Positions 25,602-32,000 of a stretch of 32,000 bases of DNA are shown here, one piece after another. Origin of the DNA: an uncultured Actinomycetota bacterium (GTDB taxonomy: Bacteria; Actinomycetota; Actinomycetes; Streptomycetales; Streptomycetaceae); NCBI GenBank assembly GCA_963737305.1, contig CAVTRX010000002.1, positions 558,187 to 590,186 of the forward strand, written 5' to 3'. Position 1 is the stretch's first letter. Every line of letters starts with the position of its first letter. The notes under the pieces are model-generated. The model ran no database searches. It was not told the DNA's origin and saw nothing but the letters and a program-made list of their open reading frames with translations. A program made the translations under genes and the position numbers.

Positions 25602-26429
25602 TCAGCACTCGCGGCGCAGGAACTCACGGGCGCCGCGCAGCCGGGTCCGCAGTGCGCGCTGCGTCCTGGTGCTGTCCAGGCGCACGTCCAGCGGCCCCGG
25701 GACACCCGCGTCGACGCGGCGTCCGGCGGTCAGCCCGGAGGCGTCCAGTCCGTCGCGGTCGGCGATCAGGACGCCGAGTTCATGACGGCTGACCGCGTCC
25801 GCACCCGCGAGGTGGCACACCCCCGCGTGATCGGACACCGTCAGCTCAAGGATGGCCCGGGCCAGGTCGGCGACGTGGACGGGGCATCGGAAGTCATCGG
25901 TGAACAGCACCCCGTTCCGTCGTCCGGCGGCCAGGTCGTGGGTGAACCCCTCGTGCCCGGAACCGCCGTCACCGATGATCAGCGAGGTGCGGGCGATGAC
26001 GGCGGCCGGGGCGAACAGGCGGATCGCCGTTTCGGCCGCGGCCTTCGCGGCACCGTACGGGGTGATCGGATCCGGCGTGGCGGATTCGTCGTAGCGGACG
26101 TCGGCGCCGGAGAAGACGGCGTCACTGGACACCTGCACCAGCCGGGATCCGAACTGCACGGCGGCCATCGCCAGCCGGATCGCGCCGTCGGCCGTGGTCG
26201 CCCAATCGGCTTGTCGATACGCCGCGTTGATGACAGCGTCCGGCCGGGTCTCCCCGAGCGCCCGCGTGACGTCCTCGCTTTGGCGCAGATCCATGCGCAG
26301 CCAGTTGGCTCCTGGGATCCCGCCGGCCCGGGTCGCGAACGTCGCCGTCGCGGCATGCCCGGCCGCCAGCGCCTGCCGGGCCAGTTCCCGACCCAGGAAT
26401 CCACTGCCGCCCGCGATCAGAATGTTCAT
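25602..26429 (-). CDS. NAD(P)-dependent sugar-nucleotide-type reductase/epimerase (RmlD substrate-binding domain-like SDR)
   Basis: N-terminal Rossmann MNILIAGGSGFLG, active-site YGAAK, about 275 aa. The longer ORF reaching 26531 is rejected because the Rossmann motif should be N-terminal. Confidence 0.8.
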   Translation of the reverse strand: MNILIAGGSGFLGRELARQALAAGHAATATFATRAGGIPGANWLRMDLRQSEDVTRALGETRPDAVINAAYRQADWATTADGAIRLAMAAVQFGSRLVQVSSDAVFSGADVRYDESATPDPITPYGAAKAAAETAIRLFAPAAVIARTSLIIGDGGSGHEGFTHDLAAGRRNGVLFTDDFRCPVHVADLARAILELTVSDHAGVCHLAGADAVSRHELGVLIADRDGLDASGLTAGRRVDAGVPGPLDVRLDSTRTQRALRTRLRGAREFLRREC

Positions 26430-26579
26430 GATCGACCACGCTAGACGATCTCCCGCAAGGAGCTGGGCGAGAGGCCACTTGGACAGGGAAAACGCAACTT
26501 CGACATGGTTCGCGCAGGCAGCTACCTTCACCTGGTCTTCGGCGGTCCCCCGCCGCGCAGCCCGACCAGGGAGAGACGC

Positions 26580-27140
26580 ATGCCCCGTCTTGCGCTGTAC
26601 ACATTCGGCGTCCTGAAGTCACCTCTCGCCGATCCCGCACCTCTCACGCGCGAGTTCCACGACAGCGGCGAGCCCGTCTACCGGAAGATCAGCCGGCACC
26701 CCGGATATATCGCTCGTGCCGAAGTGGCAGACGGCGACCGGGGCACGCTCTTCGACGCGGACTGGGGTGCGTGGGGAGAGTTCGCCGTACCGACCTGGTA
26801 CGGCAAGGGCCGTACGGCGGAGACCTCCGCCCTGGCCGCGACCCTCTCTCTCTGGACCGACCTGCGCCCCGCCTTCGACGCCGTCTACACCGGTCTGCAC
26901 CGTGAGGCGCTGAACAGGCGTCACGACTGGTTCGAGAGGACAGGACACCCGAGTCACGTGTTCTGGTGGGTCTGCGACGGCGCGATACCCACCTGGCAGG
27001 ACGGGGTTTCCAGGCTGGAGCACCTCCACGACCACGGCTCCGCGCCGCACGCCTTCACCTTCCGCCACTCGTTCGCCCCGGACGGAACCGCGACCAGGAT
27101 CAAAGGCATTCGGCCCATCCGGCCAGGTCGGAGCGTTTGA
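26580..27140 (+). CDS. DUF3291-like protein
   Basis: 186 aa. N-terminus LALYTFGVLKSPLADPAPLTREFHDSG and overall size resemble DUF3291. RBS GGGAGAG. Assignment is from memory of the family only. Confidence 0.6.
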   Translation: MPRLALYTFGVLKSPLADPAPLTREFHDSGEPVYRKISRHPGYIARAEVADGDRGTLFDADWGAWGEFAVPTWYGKGRTAETSALAATLSLWTDLRPAFDAVYTGLHREALNRRHDWFERTGHPSHVFWWVCDGAIPTWQDGVSRLEHLHDHGSAPHAFTFRHSFAPDGTATRIKGIRPIRPGRSV

Positions 27141-27927
27141 CGGTTTCACGCGAGCGTCCGGGAGCGGCCTCGGCGGTGGCCGGCGAACGGCTGACCGCTC
27201 CGGCCGCCTCGCGCGAGGAACTTCGACCGGCCGGACCGGGCCCCCGCGTACCCGGTCCCATGACGCCGACTCCCGTTTCCGGACAGGAAGCGGCGACAGT
27301 TCGGTCTCCCCCGTGCGACGGTCCGTCCGAACGAGCCGAAGGACCAGCGCCGGTGCAACTCAAGCACGGGGTACCACCGACCGCAAGACCTTCATTCATT
27401 TCACATATGCTCCACATGTCATTCCGGCCACGACTCACCATGCCCGACGACCTGGTGATACCAGAGCCGAATCAGGCGACGACGCCCGCACAGATCGCGC
27501 ACAACAAGCCACCCACGACGCCGCGAAGGCCCCGCATCCTGGGCGCCGCCACCGCCTCGGCCAGCCGAGCGACCACCCCCCGATCCGGTCCACGCTCGCA
27601 CTTCCCCGCCACACACCCCCAGCGGCACGATCCGGCCGAATCCCTGCGCCTAAGGGGTGAATTGGCCGAAACAGGACTATCGCGACTCACGGTGGGGAAC
27701 TAACTCGAAGCCTCTGACTGTGTCGTCATCCCTGACAAACAGGAGAGGCCCGGGAGCGGCCCTTGACCTCGGCCGCCCCCGAAGGCTGGCAGCAACGTCC
27801 GTCGTGCGCCGTCGGTGGTCACCCCGACCGCGCGCCGCGCGGACCCGACACGCCGCCGGCTCGCACGACCATGCGCGGACGTGTGCACGCACCCGGCCGC
27901 GCGGTGACACCTTGGGGGAACGGGGCT

Positions 27928-28929
27928 GTGTTGCGTATTCACTTCACCATCGAGGATCTGGCACGCGTCCAGGTCGCCACGGAGCTCGACCCGTTGTGGG
28001 AAACGGTGCTCGGCCTCCAGCAGTTGTGCGCGGGACGGGGAGCGTCCGTCTTCCGGGCCTGGCGACGGCGGGCCAGGGAAGCCGTCAGGGAACAGCAACT
28101 GACGGGTGCCGTACAGCTGCTGGGCACTCTCGTCCCGGCCACCGGCTACTTCCCGGACTTCCTCACACCGACCGCGGCCGTCGACGGGCTGGCCGCATCG
28201 CTGGACGCGGTGCGGGGCACCCCGGCCGGCCGACTGCGGCGCGAGGTGCGGCGGCTGGCCGAGGGAACGCCCCGCAGGCCGGTGCCGCCCTGGCTGCGGG
28301 ACCTGGCCGCCGGCGACCGCGACCGGATGGCCGAGCTGACGGAGGCGCTGCGTGCCGTGCACGGGACGGTCGTCTCGCCGGACCGGGCGGAGGCCGACGC
28401 GCTGGTCGAGGGGGACCGCGCGCTGCGTGCCCGGACCTTGCGCGACGGCGGGGTGCACGGGCTGCTGGGCTCCCTGTGCCCGGCCATACGGTGGGAACCC
28501 CCGGTGCTGTACGCCGAGTATCCGGCCGACCGCGACCTCCATCTGGCCGGACGGGGACTGCGGCTGGTCCCGTCGTACTTCTGCTGGCGCACCCCGGTGG
28601 CCCTGGCCGACCCGGGGCTGGATCCGGTCCTGGTCTACCCGGTCGACCACGGCCAGGGCACGACCGGGATCACCCCGCAGGCGCTGCTCACCCTGCTGGG
28701 TCGTACCCGGGCCCGGACCCTGGCGGCGCTGCGGGACACCGCGACCACCGGTGAGCTCGCCCGCCGGCTGTGTGTCTCGCCCGCGTCGGCCAGCCAGCAC
28801 GTCCACGCCCTGGCCGCGGCGAACCTGGTCCGCAGCCACCGCACCGGCAACCAGGTCCTGCACACGCTCACCCCGCTCGGAGTGGCGCTGCTGAGTGGTC
28901 GTCTGCCCGCCAACACCGCGCTGACCTGA
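27928..28929 (+). CDS. ArsR-like winged-helix transcriptional regulator with a long N-terminal domain
   Basis: The C-terminal wHTH is TRARTLAALRDTATTGELARRLCVSPASASQHVHALAAANLVRSHRTGNQVLHTLTPLG. The N-terminus VLRIHFTIEDLARVQVA is typical of this actinobacterial family. GTG 27928 has GGGGGAA upstream, with ATG 27871 as an alternative. Confidence 0.75.
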   Translation: MLRIHFTIEDLARVQVATELDPLWETVLGLQQLCAGRGASVFRAWRRRAREAVREQQLTGAVQLLGTLVPATGYFPDFLTPTAAVDGLAASLDAVRGTPAGRLRREVRRLAEGTPRRPVPPWLRDLAAGDRDRMAELTEALRAVHGTVVSPDRAEADALVEGDRALRARTLRDGGVHGLLGSLCPAIRWEPPVLYAEYPADRDLHLAGRGLRLVPSYFCWRTPVALADPGLDPVLVYPVDHGQGTTGITPQALLTLLGRTRARTLAALRDTATTGELARRLCVSPASASQHVHALAAANLVRSHRTGNQVLHTLTPLGVALLSGRLPANTALT

Positions 28930-28961
28930 GGTTTTCGGCCTCCGCTGAAACTTCTGGCTCC

Positions 28962-29009
28962 CCGGTGGTCCCGCCCCGCACTCTGGGTTGTGCGGGTCGG
29001 GACCACCGG
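28962..29009 (+). terminator. Strong hairpin terminator after the ArsR-like gene
   Basis: 20-nt arms CCGGTGGTCCCGCCCCGCAC / GTGCGGGTCGGGACCACCGG with one mismatch and an 8-nt loop, 33 nt after the stop. Confidence 0.6.
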
Positions 29010-29055
29010 CCCGGCAAGACCGGCACAGCACATGAAACTCATGGGGGAACTTCTC

Positions 29056-29508
29056 ATGGCAGTACGCAAAACGGCCGCGACCCTGATCGCCTCCGGAGCG
29101 CTCCTCACCGCGTCGGTGGTGGGCCTCACCGGCTCGGCCTCCGCCCACAGCCAGGCGGTCGGCGCCAAGCCGACGGCGAAATCGGTCCTGTCCCAGGCCC
29201 TGAAGAAGCACACCGTCGTGAAGGCGGGCAACGCCCACGCCTCCGCGGTCACTCCCAAGCTGGCGTGCTCGTACAAGTACGTGTGCGGGCAGGCCGCCAA
29301 CGGCCACAGCTTCGCCTACACCAAGTGCGACGTCGCCTACGAGTTGCCCAACCTCGTGGGCAGGGGGCCCCTCAACAACAACCAGACGGCGGGCACGACG
29401 TCGTACTTCTTCGACAAGAACGCCGACCCCCTGTTCACCAGCAACGCTCCTCAGCAGACCACGGTCGACTGGACACCGGTCTGGTACGCGGTGGCCTGCG
29501 TGAGCTGA
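29056..29508 (+). CDS. Small secreted protein with 4 Cys, function unknown
   Basis: The ATG at 29056 has GGGGGAA upstream. Signal peptide MAVRKTAATLIASGALLTASVVGLTGSASA. The mature part is about 120 aa with Cys at CSYKYVC, KC and a C-terminal AC. Confidence 0.62.
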   Translation: MAVRKTAATLIASGALLTASVVGLTGSASAHSQAVGAKPTAKSVLSQALKKHTVVKAGNAHASAVTPKLACSYKYVCGQAANGHSFAYTKCDVAYELPNLVGRGPLNNNQTAGTTSYFFDKNADPLFTSNAPQQTTVDWTPVWYAVACVS

Positions 29509-29510
29509 CC

Positions 29511-29562
29511 CCGGGGCCCGCATGGCCCCGGCATGGACGGCGGCAGGCGCCTGCCGCCGTCC
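29511..29562. terminator. Two tandem hairpins between convergent genes
   Basis: CCGGGGCC-cgcat-GGCCCCGG (29511-29531), then a perfect 28-nt palindrome GGACGGCGGCAGGCGCCTGCCGCCGTCC (29535-29562). Confidence 0.6.
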
Positions 29563-29614
29563 GCTCCCCCGGTGCCACGTGCCCCCGGCGGGTCGACGGG
29601 TTCCGGAGTGACCG

Positions 29615-30406
29615 TCACTCCCGCGCGGTGGCCGGCTTGGTGGCGGTCACCGCCCAGGTGCGGTGCGGGACGGCCAGCACCTCACCGGGGAAGCGCTCCG
29701 CCAGCACCCGGTCCAGCTCCTCCGCGAACCGGGTGACCTCCTGCGGGGGAAGGCTCGCGCCGACGCCCGCGCTGGCCCTGATGCGGCCCACCCACGCCTC
29801 GGGGGGGTAGGGGACGTCCAGGTCGAAGGAGAAGGTCTTGATGCCGGTGAAGCCGGTGGTCGCCAGATCGGTCAGCCAGCGCGGGTAGAGCCCGGTGCCG
29901 CCCCCCATCGTCCACGCCGGGTTGTACTCGGTGATCAGGGATTCGGTGGCGGCCACCATGTTGTCCGGCAGCGGCAGCCAGTCGAAGTGCGCGATGACGA
30001 CGCTGCCGCCGGGGCGCAGCAGCCGCCACACCTCCGCGCCCGCCTTCGGGGCGTCGAACCAGTGCCAGCACTGGCCGGCCGACACCACGTCGAAGGACGC
30101 GTCGGGCAGACCGGTCTCCTCCGCGGTGGCCACCCGGTAGTCGATCTTCACTCCCGCCGCCCGGTCCAGTTCCCTGGCCTGCTCCAGCAGTGGCGCGGCC
30201 GGGTCGATGCCGGACACCGTGGCACCGGCCTGGGCGAACAGCCGGGCCAGGCTGCCGGTGCCGGTGCCGATGTCCAGCACGTCCTGCCCCGGCAGTCCGA
30301 GCCCGTCCGCGGTGAGCCGCTCGACCAGTTCGACGGGGAAACCGGCCCGGTGGCGACCGTAGTCCTGGGCGGTCAGCCCGAAGTCCGGATCGAATTCCTT
30401 GGTCAT
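29615..30406 (-). CDS. Class I SAM-dependent methyltransferase
   Basis: Motif I VLDIGTGTGSLA, then DVVSAGQCWHWFD and LRPGGSVV. Start MTKEF at 30406 with RBS GGAGA. The longer ORF reaching 30541 is rejected. Confidence 0.85.
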   Translation of the reverse strand: MTKEFDPDFGLTAQDYGRHRAGFPVELVERLTADGLGLPGQDVLDIGTGTGSLARLFAQAGATVSGIDPAAPLLEQARELDRAAGVKIDYRVATAEETGLPDASFDVVSAGQCWHWFDAPKAGAEVWRLLRPGGSVVIAHFDWLPLPDNMVAATESLITEYNPAWTMGGGTGLYPRWLTDLATTGFTGIKTFSFDLDVPYPPEAWVGRIRASAGVGASLPPQEVTRFAEELDRVLAERFPGEVLAVPHRTWAVTATKPATARE

Positions 30407-30476
30407 ACGGCATCTCCAGAGGTGTGCGGGGCCCGGCTGCCGTCCCCGCGGGCGAGCCGAGCGTGCCGGAGGGACG

Positions 30477-32000
30477 TCACAGCGTAGTCGATGACGGGCC
30501 GTCATCTCCCGGGGGCACGGCCGTCGTCTCCCCCGGGGCACGCCCGCCGTCGCCCGGCCGCCGCGACGCCGTGCCCCGGCGGATCAGCTTGTCCATGACG
30601 TACGGCAGGACTCCGCCGGTGCGCAGGTAGTCCAGCTCGCGGTCGGTCTCCACGGCGGCCCTCGCCTCGAAGTCGAAGGCCGATCCGTCCCGGCGGCGCA
30701 CCCGGACGGTGACCGGTCCACGCGGGCTCAGGGCGTCGAGGCCGAGCAGGTCCACCTCCTCGGTGCCGTCGAGGCCGTAGGAGCGGGCACCGGTGCCGTC
30801 GGGGAAGCGCAGGGGGAGCACGCCCATGCCCACCAGGTTGCTGCGGTGGATGCGCTCGAAGGTCTCGGCGAGCACGGCGCGCACCCCCAGCAGGGCGGTT
30901 CCCTTGGCGGCCCAGTCGCGGGCGGAGCCGCAGCCGTACTCACGGCCGCCGATGACGATGTGGGCGACGCCTTCCGCCCGGTAGGCGGCCGCCGCCGCGT
31001 GGATGGACATCAGCTCACCGCTGGGAAGGTGCCTGGTCCAGGGGCCTTCCTTGCCGTCGGCCAGGGCGTTGCGCAGGCGTGGGCTGGCGAAGGTGCCCCT
31101 GACCATCACGTGGTGGTTGCCGCGCCGGGCTCCGAAGCTGTTGAACTCGCTCTCGGGGACGCCCTGTTCGTCGAGGTAGCGACCGGCCTCGCTGTCCGCG
31201 GGGATGGCTCCGACCGGGGAGATGTGGTCGGTGGAGACGCTGTCGCCCAGCAGGGCGAGGACGCGTGCCCCGGTGATGCGGTCGCCGGCCGGGGCGGGGC
31301 CCGCCCGGTCGATGTAGGGCGGCTCCAGCACGTAGTCGGAGTCGTCCGGCCAGGCGTAGAGCGGTCCGCCGGCCGCCTCCAGCGACTGCCAGTGCTCGTC
31401 GCCTTCGAACAGGGAGGCGTACGCCGTTTCGAACAACTCCGGTCCGACCGCGCCGCGGACCGCCTCCTCGATCTCCCGCGGTGTGGGCCACAGGTCGCTC
31501 AGCCGCACCTGACGGCCGTCCGCGCTGACGGCGATCGGTTCGCTCGTCAGGTCGAGGGCCATCGTGCCGGCCAGCGCGTAGCACACCACGAGCGCCGGGG
31601 AGGCCAGGTAGGCGGCGCGCACCTGCGGGTGGATGCGGCCCTCGAAGTTCCGGTTGCCGCTGAGCACCGCGGTGCCCAGGATGCCGTCCTCGGTGACGGC
31701 ACGGGCCGCCTGCTCGGTGAGCGGGCCGCTCATCCCGTGGCAGGTCGTGCAGCCGAACGCCACGAGGTGGAAGCCCAGTTTCTCCAGCGAGCTGAGCAGG
31801 CCGGCCCGGTCGAGGTAGGCGGGGACGGTCCGGCTGCCGGGCGCCAGGCTGGTCTTGACCCAGGAGGGCACCTCAAGGCCGAGTTCCACCGCCCGTCTGG
31901 CGACCAGTCCCGCGGTGATCATCGAGGCGGGATGCGAGGTGTTGGTGCAACTCGTCAGGGCGGCGATCAGCACCGAGCCGTCCGTGGGCCCCTCGTCGGC
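30477..32000 (-). CDS. Aconitate hydratase A-family protein, C-terminal ~507 aa; the N-terminal part lies outside the window
   Basis: SCTNTSHP, FGCTTCHGMSGPL, LSGNRNFEGRIHP and the swivel-domain sequence are collinear with AcnA. The frame is open to the window edge. An extra ~35 aa Pro/Gly-rich C-terminal tail is present. Confidence 0.9.
   Translation of the reverse strand, partial: ADEGPTDGSVLIAALTSCTNTSHPASMITAGLVARRAVELGLEVPSWVKTSLAPGSRTVPAYLDRAGLLSSLEKLGFHLVAFGCTTCHGMSGPLTEQAARAVTEDGILGTAVLSGNRNFEGRIHPQVRAAYLASPALVVCYALAGTMALDLTSEPIAVSADGRQVRLSDLWPTPREIEEAVRGAVGPELFETAYASLFEGDEHWQSLEAAGGPLYAWPDDSDYVLEPPYIDRAGPAPAGDRITGARVLALLGDSVSTDHISPVGAIPADSEAGRYLDEQGVPESEFNSFGARRGNHHVMVRGTFASPRLRNALADGKEGPWTRHLPSGELMSIHAAAAAYRAEGVAHIVIGGREYGCGSARDWAAKGTALLGVRAVLAETFERIHRSNLVGMGVLPLRFPDGTGARSYGLDGTEEVDLLGLDALSPRGPVTVRVRRRDGSAFDFEARAAVETDRELDYLRTGGVLPYVMDKLIRRGTASRRPGDGGRAPGETTAVPPGDDGPSSTTL

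Noticed and set aside
26438-26443. A leaderless-type promoter for the RmlD-like gene, with TAGCGT on the minus strand 8 nt upstream of its ATG.
   Set aside because: No acceptable -35 element lies at 16-18 nt spacing. A single hexamer match is too weak to call.
27406-27703. Small ORFs inside the 27141-27927 gap, considered as real genes or peptide precursors. Examples are the + frame MLHMSFRPRLTMPDDLV... and the - frame ending ...MRGLRGVVGGLLCAICAGVVA.
   Set aside because: They show weak GC3 bias with many A/T-ending codons, have no RBS and no recognisable domain, and are low-complexity. The evidence is insufficient to call a CDS.
29615-30406. Calling the methyltransferase downstream of the aconitase paralog a trans-aconitate methyltransferase (Tam).
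   Set aside because: Adjacency is suggestive, but the sequence does not resemble E. coli Tam beyond the generic class I SAM fold as far as I can judge by eye. I kept it as a generic methyltransferase.

Overview
This is a very GC-rich, strongly GC3-biased actinomycete segment. It is Streptomyces-like, because it carries a near-identical ortholog of Streptomyces griseus trypsin. I can support about 31 protein-coding genes and found no rRNA, tRNA or CRISPR array.

Layout, left to right:
- 3' end of a 2-oxoacid dehydrogenase E1-beta gene, then a TetR regulator.
- A run of secreted and lipoprotein genes that includes trypsin sprT.
- PPK2 and a VOC/glyoxalase gene.
- A HisKA_3/LuxR two-component system facing a yceI plus ABC-2 exporter operon.
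- A MazG-like gene and rlmG.
- A minus-strand operon encoding CoxG-like, FAD, molybdopterin and 2Fe-2S subunits of an XDH-family hydroxylase, followed by a UbiD-family decarboxylase. An IclR regulator is divergent from it, and two tandem MFS transporters follow.
- An IS701/SRSO17-like transposase gene.
- A gamma-butyrolactone-receptor-like TetR, an RmlD-like reductase and a DUF3291 gene.
- A ~790 bp stretch with no convincing gene.
- An ArsR-like regulator, a small Cys-containing secreted protein and a SAM methyltransferase.
- The 3' two-thirds of a divergent aconitase paralog.

Most interesting observations:
1. The IclR-linked hydroxylase plus UbiD plus twin-MFS module. Two look-alike promoters carry a shared AGGAC/GTCCT operator motif. 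I cannot assign the module to a named pathway.
2. The orphan GBL-receptor-like locus, next to a structured repeat-bearing intergenic region and a transposase gene that carries the only in-frame TTA codon I found.
3. Two unusually long apparently non-coding regions (2931-3820 and 27141-27927). The first ends in a multi-hairpin leader upstream of a small secreted protein.

All functional calls come from reading the translated ORFs and motifs by eye. No database search was possible.
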